Positions 40,615 to 49,273 of a stretch of DNA of 64,000 nt are shown one piece after another. Below the pieces are notes generated by a model, which worked only from the letters and a program-made list of their open reading frames with translations, made no database searches and was not told the origin of the DNA. The stretch's first letter is position 1. Every line of letters begins with the position of its first letter. The translations under genes and the position numbers were made by a program. This DNA is from Polyangiaceae bacterium. Its GTDB lineage: Bacteria; Myxococcota_A; Polyangia; Polyangiales; Polyangiaceae. The DNA is taken from positions 32,001 to 96,000 of the forward strand of contig JANRKO010000023.1 of NCBI GenBank assembly GCA_033763455.1, in the 5' to 3' direction.

Positions 40615-40848
40615 ATGGCAAAAACCACGGCGAAACGCCAGCCTGGAGAAGTACGGGATGCAATCTTGGCGTACCTGAAAGCCAGTGGGCGCGCCTGCTC
40701 AGTTGCCGAGATCCTGGCAGCCGTAAGTGAGAAGCTCGGCGCGCCAGTTCCCGCATCATCGGTGCGCTCATATCTTGGCTCCAACGTCAACGGTGATGAA
40801 AACAAGTTCCGCCGTGTCGGTCACGGGAAGTATGAGCTGGCAAAATGA
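40615..40848 (+). CDS. Small winged-helix protein (HARE-HTH-like), probable RM controller
   Basis: RDAILAYLKASGRACSVAEIL..SSVRSYL..FRRVGHGKYEL three-helix plus wing pattern; ATGA overlap with the MTase. Confidence 0.7.
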   Translation: MAKTTAKRQPGEVRDAILAYLKASGRACSVAEILAAVSEKLGAPVPASSVRSYLGSNVNGDENKFRRVGHGKYELAK

Positions 40849-41798
40849 AAGCAACTGCGCGCTCTACTGGACCGAAGAGAAGGCCGATGGAACCAGTGAG
40901 CCACCAGCTGCACCGCGCCGACTGCCTTGCGTGGATGGCGCAGCAGCCGGAATCTTCAATCGAAGCAATTGTGACGGACCCGCCCTATGGGCATCGCGAG
41001 TACACCGATTCCGAGCAGCAGAAACTTCGAGCGGGGCGGGGCGGAATCTGGCGAATTCCACCCGCGTTCGATGGGTTTAAGCGCAGCCCATTGCCGCGCT
41101 TCACGGTTTTGTCGGACAGGGACAAAGAAGAAATGGAGGCGTTCTTCGCAAGCTTCGCCAAACAAGTGGCGCGTATCCTTGTGCCCGGCGCGCATGTGTT
41201 CATCGCGGCAAACCCATTGCTGTCGCACTTGGTTTACTATCCGCTGATTGCCGCAGGGCTTGAGAAGCGCGGAGAAATTATCCGGCTCGTCCAGACGCTG
41301 CGTGGCGGTGACCGCCCCAAGAACGCACATGAAGAGTTCGCCGAAGTCACGGTTATGCCACGCTCTCGGTGGGAACCGTGGGGGCTGTTCCGCAAACCGT
41401 GTGAGGGTCGCGTGCAGGATAATCTTCGCAAATACGGCACGGGGGCACTGCGGCGCCTGTCGGCGGATCGTCCTTTTTCGGACGTGATCGAGTCGTCCCC
41501 AACTCGACCAGAAGAGCGTAAGATTTGTCCGCACCCATCGCTTAAGCCACAGGCATTCATGAGACAGATTGTCCGGGCAAGTCTTCCGCTCGGCCACGGG
41601 ACTGTCTTGGACCCTTTCATGGGCGGTGGGGCGACCGTGGCGGCGGCGCTTGCGGTCGGATACTTAAGCGTGGGTATCGAGAAAGACCCTGTCTTTTTCG
41701 CAGTTGCGAAGCGCGGTATCCCGGCTCTTGCCCAACTTGAGGGTACTGCGGCAGACTCAGCGGGTGCCACCCGCCGTGCCCGTTCGGGCACAACCTGA
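40845..41798 (+). CDS. Site-specific DNA methyltransferase, beta class (m6A or m4C)
   Basis: Motif IV VTDPPY precedes HPSLKP and motif I VLDPFMGGGAT. Confidence 0.93.
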   Translation: MKATARSTGPKRRPMEPVSHQLHRADCLAWMAQQPESSIEAIVTDPPYGHREYTDSEQQKLRAGRGGIWRIPPAFDGFKRSPLPRFTVLSDRDKEEMEAFFASFAKQVARILVPGAHVFIAANPLLSHLVYYPLIAAGLEKRGEIIRLVQTLRGGDRPKNAHEEFAEVTVMPRSRWEPWGLFRKPCEGRVQDNLRKYGTGALRRLSADRPFSDVIESSPTRPEERKICPHPSLKPQAFMRQIVRASLPLGHGTVLDPFMGGGATVAAALAVGYLSVGIEKDPVFFAVAKRGIPALAQLEGTAADSAGATRRARSGTT

Positions 41799-42378
41799 CC
41801 AGAGCAAGTTTAATCGCGATCGGGAGTACCCATACCAGCTTCGCTGGAGGGACTTCGAGATGGCCATGCAGGATGTGTACGACTTCTTCTATGACGTAAA
41901 TGTGCTTAGCTTGAAGAAGGGCTTGCAGCGGTTCGACGATATGCTTCGTCCTGCGATCCTGTCAGGGATGCTTTCGGACATGCTCACGGCCAGCGTTGCG
42001 AAGCATTCGAGAACACTCGTCCAGAACGAGTATTTCAACGGCCACCCGGATCTCGTCGTCCAGGGTGTCTACCCCAAGAACGCTGCCCAGGCGGGATCCG
42101 AGGGTGTTGAAATAAAGACGACGCGTAAGGGGGGCGGTGCTGTTGATACGCATGGGGCCCGCGAGCAATGGATGTGCGTGTTCGTCTATGAGGTCGACGG
42201 CGAGACCGAGCCAGCGAACGCGCGTGCTCCGCTGATATTTACGGAGGTCTATCTGGGACAGGTCAAGGTCACGGACTTCCGTGCAAACGCGCGAGGGGCG
42301 CTTGGGACCAGAACCGCGACTCTCGACGCCAAGGGCATCGCTCGTCTTCGTCAAAACTGGGTGTACTTGCTTCGTTAG
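41776..42378 (+). CDS. Putative type II restriction endonuclease, PD-(D/E)xK fold
   Basis: GHPDL...GVEIK motif; overlaps the MTase 3' end; GTG at 41776 gives 200 aa. Confidence 0.7.
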   Translation: MPVRAQPDQSKFNRDREYPYQLRWRDFEMAMQDVYDFFYDVNVLSLKKGLQRFDDMLRPAILSGMLSDMLTASVAKHSRTLVQNEYFNGHPDLVVQGVYPKNAAQAGSEGVEIKTTRKGGGAVDTHGAREQWMCVFVYEVDGETEPANARAPLIFTEVYLGQVKVTDFRANARGALGTRTATLDAKGIARLRQNWVYLLR

Positions 42379-42586
42379 TCCCGGCTGCCAAGCGGGATGG
42401 GTGGCACTCTAGACGGATGCATGAGCGATCTCGCAAGCCCAAGCGCCCCCCGGCCGACCTCAAGAGGCCGCCAGGCGCGTCTTGGACGCCTTTATCGGAG
42501 CCAGCACACGGCACCGCCCAGCCGAAAGCGAAGGGTCCTCGGCACGGCGCGAGCTTCAAGTAGCACCCAGTCCGAGGCTTGGCGCT

Positions 42587-43294
42587 TCATTTGGACCGGC
42601 GGCTCTTGGCTAGTTGGCCGATTGAATCTGAAGCGGTACGGGGGGCTTGGGGCGGCGTTACGCGGAGATATCCCTCCGCGAGGAACGCAAAAATCTGCTG
42701 AGTTAGGACATCCGCCGTCTCCTCGGTGAGCCCAAGCGCCACGGCCTGGTAGAGGAGCTCCTTCAAGGCGCCCAAGGTCAGGTACGCGAGCACCCGGGGC
42801 TCGCCATCCCGCACGATCCCGAGGGCTTGACCGTCCTTCAGGCTCTCAGTCAAAAGCTGTACCACGCTATCGTAGAAGGTTGAGAGCTTGCGGTGAAAAT
42901 CACTGTCCACGCCTGTGGCATCAGTGAACAAGATCTTGGTCATCGAACGCTCTTTCAAGCAGATCCCAACCACCGTGCGGATATTTTCGCGTACCTGCAG
43001 GCTCACACTGCGCTCCGCCTCATCCGTCGTGATGCGCTGGATACCCATCGTGATGTGCGCTGCAAAGCGATCGATCAAATCCGCCAGCACTGCGCGCTTG
43101 TCCTCAAAGTAGAGGTAGTAGGTTCCGCGGGCTACGCCGGCTTCCGCGACAATGTCGTCAATCGTCGTTTGGTGGTAGCCGCGCTTCACGAATACATCGC
43201 GAGCAGCTTTGAGGATCTGCTGTCGGCGTTCCTCCTTGGGGATAGCGGCCCCCGATCCAATCTTCTTGCGGGTTTTTGCGCGACGCTGAGCCAT
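42587..43294 (-). CDS. TetR/AcrR family transcriptional regulator
   Basis: RRQQILKAARDVFVKRGYHQTTIDDIVAEAGVARGTYYLYFEDK; ATG at 43294; last ~16 codons are supplied by the inserted cassette. Confidence 0.92.
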   Translation of the reverse strand: MAQRRAKTRKKIGSGAAIPKEERRQQILKAARDVFVKRGYHQTTIDDIVAEAGVARGTYYLYFEDKRAVLADLIDRFAAHITMGIQRITTDEAERSVSLQVRENIRTVVGICLKERSMTKILFTDATGVDSDFHRKLSTFYDSVVQLLTESLKDGQALGIVRDGEPRVLAYLTLGALKELLYQAVALGLTEETADVLTQQIFAFLAEGYLRVTPPQAPRTASDSIGQLAKSRRSK

Positions 43295-43358
43295 TTCCCA
43301 ATCAAGGTACCCCGCACGGAGGGCCGGAGTCGAGTTGACCCCACACGATCCTAGTCGC

Positions 43359-43447
43359 GTGACGTCAGTGTCACCCAATTGCAGCCTCAAGAGCTTGCAG
43401 CGAAGGCCCGATTCAGGCAGCCTGTCGACCGCTGACGTCAGTGTCAG
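43359..43447. promoter_or_regulatory. Two identical palindromic operators TGACGTCAGTGTCA
   Basis: GTGAC-GTCAGT-GTCAC at 43359-43374 and CTGAC-GTCAGT-GTCAG at 43432-43447, in the divergent tetR/activator intergenic region. Confidence 0.75.
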
Positions 43448-43486
43448 TTGCAAGGGGAACGCTCGAACTTCCCGGGAAGAGGCCAG

Positions 43487-46400
43487 ATGCAAACAGATCT
43501 CGTTATCGGAATGGACGTGGGTTCAACGACGGTGAAGGCCGTGGTGATCGATCCGCAAACCAAAGAGATCCTCTGGAGCGACTACCAACGCCATCACACC
43601 AAGCAGCCAGAGAAGGTGCTGGAGCTGTTGACCGCCATCCTGGAGAAATTCCCAGAGCAGCCGAGCGATGCGTGGCAGCTGTTTCTCACCGGCTCCGGCG
43701 CAGGGCCGCTGGTCGCGCCAACCGGCGGACGCTTCGTCCAAGAAGTGAATGCAGTAACGCTGGCCGTGGAGCACAAGCATCCGGATGTGCTCAGCGTGAT
43801 CGAGCTCGGCGGCCAAGACGCCAAGATCATCATGTTTAAGGAAGACAAGGCGAGTGGGCAGAAGACCGCTTCCACTTCCATGAACGACAAGTGTGCCTCA
43901 GGCACGGGCGCGACGATCGACAAGTGCATGATCAAGGTGGGCGCGGAACCTGGATTTGCAAATACCCTCCACTTCAACGACGAGAAGCTGCACCACGTTG
44001 CCGCCAAGTGCGGAGTCTTCGCGGAGACAGACATCGTTAATCTCGTAAAGACGGGTATCCCCAAAGACGAAGTATTGAACTCTTTGGCAGATGCGATTGT
44101 GGTGCAAAATTTGAGCGTGCTCACGCGCGGCAACACCCTTAAGCCGAAGGTATTGCTGCTTGGTGGCCCCAACACGTACCTGCCTTTTCTCCAGGAATGT
44201 TGGCGCAAGCGCATCCCGGAAACCTGGCGGGATAGGGGCTTTGCCTACCCGCTAGACGTGCCGATTGAAGAGCTCATTTTCGTGCCAAAAAATGCAGACT
44301 TGTACGCTGCCTTTGGCGCCGTAATGTACGGCTTGGCTGAGGGCTCAGACGTAGGCCGCTTTACGGGCGTCGAGACGCTGCACGATTTCATTAATCACGG
44401 GCGACGCGCCCGGTTGGGCGAACAGGCAGGCCCACCACTTTCAATCACCGCAGGCGAAACCGAATCGTTCATCGAAAGCTACACGATCCCCAAGTTCAAA
44501 AAAGCCAAGCTTGAGGCGGGAAGCGTCGTGCGCGGAGTTGTCGGTTTGGATGGCGGCTCCACTTCCTCCAAGGCCGTTATTGTGGGTGAGGATGGGGAAG
44601 TCCTGTTCAAATCGTACCAGCTCTCCAAAGGCAATCCGATCCAGGACACAAAAGAGCTTGTAACCGATCTGATGCAGCAGGTCGAAAGCCAGGGAGCTAA
44701 GTTTGAGTGTTTGGGGTTTGGTGCCACAGGCTATGCGGCGGATGTGCTGGAACAAACGGTGTTGGCCGATGTGAACATCGTGGAGACAGTGGCTCATATG
44801 ATGAGCGCGGTGCACTTTTTCGGCGATGTGGATGTGATCTGCGATATCGGTGGGCAAGACATCAAAGTCTTGTTCATGAAAAACGGGGACATTCAGAACT
44901 TCAAGCTTTCGAACTCGTGCAGCGCGGGCAACGGCATGTTGCTCCAGGCCATGGCCGATCAGTTTGGGTTGCCCGTTACCGAATACGCCGAGCACGCCTT
45001 CAAGGCCGATTTAGCGCCCAAATTTAGCTATGGCTGCGCCGTCTTTCTGGATTCAGATCGCGTCAACTTCCAAAAGGAAGGCTACCAAAAGGAAGAACTC
45101 TTAGCTGGCCTCGCGCAGGTGTTACCCAAGAATGTGTGGCAATACGTCGTACAGATCCCAAGGCTCGCTTCGCTGGGAACAAAATTCGTGCTGCAAGGTG
45201 GCACGCAATATAATCTCGCCGCGGTAAAAGCCCAGGTGGATTACATCAAGACACGGGTTCCGGGCGCCGAAGTATTTGTGCACCCCCACACCGGTGAAGC
45301 GGGGGCGATTGGAGCCGCCATCGAGACGCTGCGTCGCTATAAGCGTTCCGGCACAACGCGCTTCATCGGCATGGATGCGGTACTGAGCCTCACCTACACC
45401 ACTACCAATGATCCGAGCACAGTTTGCCACTTCTGCCCCAACGAATGCAAACGCACCTTCATTGATACCTCGCGCCCGGATGGCTCCACCGCTCGCTACA
45501 TCTCCGGCTTCTCCTGCGAGAAGGGCACCGTGGAGAGCAAAGAGGCCATGCTGGACATCGTGAAGGAGCGGAAGAAAGTGGCCGCCGCATTTCCGAACCT
45601 CGTCACCTACGAGGCAGAGCTCGCATTCAAACATTTCTATGAATGCCAGCCTATCCCCGCGGCAGGCACGGTGATTGAAGATGTGAAGGTCGAAAAAGGC
45701 CTATTTCGCATCAAGCGCCAGAAATATTTCCGCCCCTTCGAGCGCTCTTCTGAGGCCGCGAATCAGCGCAGGAAGAGCCTGCGAGTGGGCTTGCCCAGGG
45801 TTCTCAATATGTACTCCACCGGGCCCTTTTTCCGAACGTACTTCGAAGCCCTTGGTGTTGGCCGCTCAAACATCGTGTGGAGCGATGTTACGAGTGAAGA
45901 GATGTTCATGGAGGGCGCCAAGTATGGCTCGGTGGATCCGTGCTTCCCGAGCAAGGTGGTGCAGGCACATATTCACAATTTGCTCTTCCACAAGCACGAG
46001 CCAGAGCGCAAGCGTCAGCTTAACTTCATTTTCTTCCCCATCTTAACGCACGTCCCGAATTTCGTGGCCGATACTCAGGACAACGCTTCGTGCCCCATCG
46101 TAGCCGGTACACCGGATGTGATGAAGGCGGCGTTCACCAAGGAAGTGGATTTCTTCGCTCAACGCGGCATCGAATATTTGGACCCGGCGCTCTCTTTCAC
46201 CGAGCCCACGCTCCTCGCCCGCCGCATGTTTGAAACCTGGGGTGCACGGCTCGATATCACCGAAGATGAAAACGACCACGCGTGTCGTGAAGGCTGGAAG
46301 GCGCTCACGGCTTTCGAGCTCGATCTCCAAGAAAAGGGCCGCGCGATCCTGGAAACGGTGGAAGCAGAAGATCGCATCGCCATCCTCGTCTTGAACCGCC

Positions 46401-47146
46401 CGTACCACGCCGATCCAGGCATGAACCACGGTATTCCCGAGGAATTCCAGGTACTTGGCTACCCGATTCTGAGCATCCGCTCGATCCCCAAATCCCGGGA
46501 TTACTTGGACCGCTACTACAAGGACGAACTGGAGCGCGGAGTTATTACAACGCCCCTGGGCATTAACCACGTGTGGCCCGAAAATTATTCGGCCAACAGC
46601 GCGCAGAAAGTTTGGGGGGCGAATTTTGCAGCGCACCACCCGAACGTCGCGATCTTGGATCTTTCGAGCTTCAAGTGCGGTCACGATGCTCCCACCTATG
46701 GGCTCGTGAGCGACATCATCCAGACCTCGCGCACCCCCGCCTCTTCTCTGCACGATCTGGATGCCAATAAGCCCACGGGCTCCATCAAGATCCGCGTGAA
46801 GACCTACGCTCACTCGTTGCGCCTGGCCGAGGAACGCCTAGATGATCTTGCACAGCGTAAGACCTCCCTCTCGGCGGCTATCGATAAGAAGCGCCTGGAG
46901 CTCTTGGGCCTGAAGCAGGCGCAACTTGCTGACATGAAGCAGACCGATCCAGCGCTCGAGCTTGAGCTTTCACGCCTCACCGAAAAAGTCTTGGCCTACC
47001 AGACGCGCCAGGAAGAGCCCTCCAGAGCAGCACCGCAGTTTGCGCCCGAGGGCCCACAGGTTGTGACGCTGCAACGCCGAAGCGGGCATGCCCCCTCCCA
47101 AACTGGCTCCACGAAGGAAGACCGCAGCATTTCAGCCGCCGAATAG
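43487..47146 (+). CDS. BadF/BadG/BcrA/BcrD-type ATPase: double-domain acyl-CoA dehydratase activator fused to a DUF2229-like region
   Basis: Two ASKHA modules (GMDVGSTTVK..ELGGQDAK..MNDKCASGTG..CGVFA; GLDGGSTSSK..DIGGQDIK..SCSAGNG..CAVF), CHFCPNEC, CFPSK, FKCGHD. Confidence 0.88.
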   Translation: MQTDLVIGMDVGSTTVKAVVIDPQTKEILWSDYQRHHTKQPEKVLELLTAILEKFPEQPSDAWQLFLTGSGAGPLVAPTGGRFVQEVNAVTLAVEHKHPDVLSVIELGGQDAKIIMFKEDKASGQKTASTSMNDKCASGTGATIDKCMIKVGAEPGFANTLHFNDEKLHHVAAKCGVFAETDIVNLVKTGIPKDEVLNSLADAIVVQNLSVLTRGNTLKPKVLLLGGPNTYLPFLQECWRKRIPETWRDRGFAYPLDVPIEELIFVPKNADLYAAFGAVMYGLAEGSDVGRFTGVETLHDFINHGRRARLGEQAGPPLSITAGETESFIESYTIPKFKKAKLEAGSVVRGVVGLDGGSTSSKAVIVGEDGEVLFKSYQLSKGNPIQDTKELVTDLMQQVESQGAKFECLGFGATGYAADVLEQTVLADVNIVETVAHMMSAVHFFGDVDVICDIGGQDIKVLFMKNGDIQNFKLSNSCSAGNGMLLQAMADQFGLPVTEYAEHAFKADLAPKFSYGCAVFLDSDRVNFQKEGYQKEELLAGLAQVLPKNVWQYVVQIPRLASLGTKFVLQGGTQYNLAAVKAQVDYIKTRVPGAEVFVHPHTGEAGAIGAAIETLRRYKRSGTTRFIGMDAVLSLTYTTTNDPSTVCHFCPNECKRTFIDTSRPDGSTARYISGFSCEKGTVESKEAMLDIVKERKKVAAAFPNLVTYEAELAFKHFYECQPIPAAGTVIEDVKVEKGLFRIKRQKYFRPFERSSEAANQRRKSLRVGLPRVLNMYSTGPFFRTYFEALGVGRSNIVWSDVTSEEMFMEGAKYGSVDPCFPSKVVQAHIHNLLFHKHEPERKRQLNFIFFPILTHVPNFVADTQDNASCPIVAGTPDVMKAAFTKEVDFFAQRGIEYLDPALSFTEPTLLARRMFETWGARLDITEDENDHACREGWKALTAFELDLQEKGRAILETVEAEDRIAILVLNRPYHADPGMNHGIPEEFQVLGYPILSIRSIPKSRDYLDRYYKDELERGVITTPLGINHVWPENYSANSAQKVWGANFAAHHPNVAILDLSSFKCGHDAPTYGLVSDIIQTSRTPASSLHDLDANKPTGSIKIRVKTYAHSLRLAEERLDDLAQRKTSLSAAIDKKRLELLGLKQAQLADMKQTDPALELELSRLTEKVLAYQTRQEEPSRAAPQFAPEGPQVVTLQRRSGHAPSQTGSTKEDRSISAAE

Positions 47147-47242
47147 GCCCCCGTACTAACCACAGCTCCTTAACCCCCGCACCCCACACCAGCGTTTTCA
47201 ACAGCCAGCCCGCACAACTTTTACCCGAAGGAGATCCCACTC

Positions 47243-49156
47243 ATGACCCAGGTAGTTTCCATCAGCACCGACAAGAAAGTTCACCTGCCCATCAGTGGGA
47301 GGGCGCCCAAAGCTCCCGCGTTTGACATCGATAACGAACTCAAAGCCTTCGAGCGTGAAGAACGGGAGCGCTTGGGCATCCAGGCCGAAGCGCAATGGCT
47401 AGAAACGATGGCTAACCTCAGCTTCACTAAGTCTGAGAAGAGCAAAATTACCATGCTGATCGGTGGGCTCACCATGGCCCATGATTATTTGGTTCAAGGC
47501 GCCTTCAGCCACCTTGGCTACAACGTGATCGCGCTCGATGCGCCAGACTACGATGCGCTGCGCGTGGGCAAAGAGTTTGGAAACCGCGCCCAGTGTAACC
47601 CCACGTATTTTACCGTTGGTAACTTGGTGAAGTACCTCATCTACATGCGCGACGAAAAGGGGCTCTCTACCGAGGAAATCGTAGATAAGTTCATCTTTCT
47701 CACAGCGGGTGCCTGTGGGCCATGTCGTTTTGGCATGTACGTAACAGAGTATCGAAAAGCCCTGCGGGACGCAGGATTTGACGGTTTTCGTGTCATGTTG
47801 TTCCAGCAGCAAGGCGGCCTTAGCCAGGCGACCGGCGAGGCCAGCGGCCTGGAGCTGAACCCCAAGTTCTTTATCGGCCTGCTCAAATCCTTGCTTGCAG
47901 GCGACGTGATCAACGGCATGGGTTATCGCTTGCGCCCCTACGAAGTGGTCCCAGGCTCCACCGATAAAGCGCTGGAGCAAGCCAAAAAGCTCTGCCATAC
48001 GGCGCTCTCCAATGGCAAAAGCGTGATTTGGGCGCTCCATCAATCGAAGAAGCTCTTCAGCCAAGTTGAGGTGGATCGCACCCGGCCCAAGCCCAAGTGC
48101 GCTATCATTGGCGAATTCTGGGCAATGACGACCGAGGGCGATGGCAACTACAAGCTTCAGCGCTTCGTAGAACAAGAGGGAGCCGAGGCGGACATCCAGT
48201 TCGTCACGGCCTGGATCCTCTACAACATTTGGGAAGTTACCAACGATACGGCGAACCGCGCCCTCTTACGCGGACAAGATGGAGGCCAATATGGCCTGAA
48301 AACAGTCGGCGAATACGGCGCATTTGCCCGCAAAATTGGCCTTTGGGCGGGCGACAAGGCGCTTCGCGGAGCTTTCCAGACCTTCGCACACGCCGCCGGA
48401 TTTTACGGCTACGCGCTCCCCGACATGAAGGCCATAGCTGACCTCGCTCAGAACTTCTACAACAACGACTTGCGCGGCGGCGAAGGCCACATGGAAGTAG
48501 GCAAGCTGATTTTAAACGTCGCCAAACACAAAGCCACAATGACACTCAGCGTGAAGCCCTTTGGCTGCATGCCCAGCTCAGGCGTGAGCGACGGCGTGCA
48601 AACCATCATTACTGAAAAGTACCCAGGTACCATCTTCTGCGCAGTGGAAACGAGCGGTGATGGCGCAGTGAACTTCCAAAGCCGCGTTCAGATGTACATG
48701 TTCAAGGCACGTGCTGCAGCCCAAGCCGAGTTCGACGCTGCGCTCGCTTCAGCGGGCATGACAATTGACGATCTTAAAGCGTTCCTCAAAAAGAACCCCC
48801 ACTTCAACCATCCGCTGCACCATCCCCCGCACGCTGGCGCGGCAACAGCGACGGACCTTGTGTACGAGGTGGCTCACTATCGCAATTCAACGAGGCTTGA
48901 GCGCTCGGTCACGAACGCCAAAAAGGCGCTCCACCTTGCCAAAGAGCTCGCTGTCTCTGCCAAGGCAGATGGCCCCGCCCGGTTCGTCAACGCGGCCAAG
49001 CTCGGAGTGGTCGGTGTGGGAGAGCTCGCGTCTTTGGCGCGCGAAAAGGGCCCCGGTTTGGCGGTATCGACTGCAAAATCCGCACAAAATCGAGTGGCTC
49101 AGGTATTGGCAGGCAAATCCAGAGGCCCGGCCCGGAGTGCTTCCGCACATGCTTAA
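47243..49156 (+). CDS. 2-hydroxyacyl-CoA dehydratase-related Fe-S protein
   Basis: QCNPTY..G, ACGPCRFG.Y, IIGE, GGEG, KPFGCMP; AAGGAG RBS; operonic with the activator. Confidence 0.8.
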   Translation: MTQVVSISTDKKVHLPISGRAPKAPAFDIDNELKAFEREERERLGIQAEAQWLETMANLSFTKSEKSKITMLIGGLTMAHDYLVQGAFSHLGYNVIALDAPDYDALRVGKEFGNRAQCNPTYFTVGNLVKYLIYMRDEKGLSTEEIVDKFIFLTAGACGPCRFGMYVTEYRKALRDAGFDGFRVMLFQQQGGLSQATGEASGLELNPKFFIGLLKSLLAGDVINGMGYRLRPYEVVPGSTDKALEQAKKLCHTALSNGKSVIWALHQSKKLFSQVEVDRTRPKPKCAIIGEFWAMTTEGDGNYKLQRFVEQEGAEADIQFVTAWILYNIWEVTNDTANRALLRGQDGGQYGLKTVGEYGAFARKIGLWAGDKALRGAFQTFAHAAGFYGYALPDMKAIADLAQNFYNNDLRGGEGHMEVGKLILNVAKHKATMTLSVKPFGCMPSSGVSDGVQTIITEKYPGTIFCAVETSGDGAVNFQSRVQMYMFKARAAAQAEFDAALASAGMTIDDLKAFLKKNPHFNHPLHHPPHAGAATATDLVYEVAHYRNSTRLERSVTNAKKALHLAKELAVSAKADGPARFVNAAKLGVVGVGELASLAREKGPGLAVSTAKSAQNRVAQVLAGKSRGPARSASAHA

Positions 49157-49273
49157 CGCCTAAATCCGGAGGGCCCTAGCCGTAAACTAGGGGCGTCGCC
49201 ATAATGAGCGAGTTTGTGGGTCCGTGAGAACTGACCCACGGAAGCTCGCTCTCAACTGGCCACAAGGACCAAG

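Larger units (their letters stand above)
40400..42639. mobile_element. Non-autonomous inverted-repeat-bounded cassette carrying a putative type II restriction-modification operon
   Basis: 40400-40423 GTACTGCTTCAGATTCAATCGGCC; reverse complement of 42616-42639 GTACCGCTTCAGATTCAATCGGCC (23/24). No transposase ORF inside; right end lies in the tetR 3' coding region. Confidence 0.75.

Noticed and set aside
43295..43492. N-terminal extensions of TetR (to 43492) and the activator (from 43448) in the ORF track
   Set aside because: They would overlap each other and the twin operators; ATGs at 43294 and 43487 fit the domain starts.
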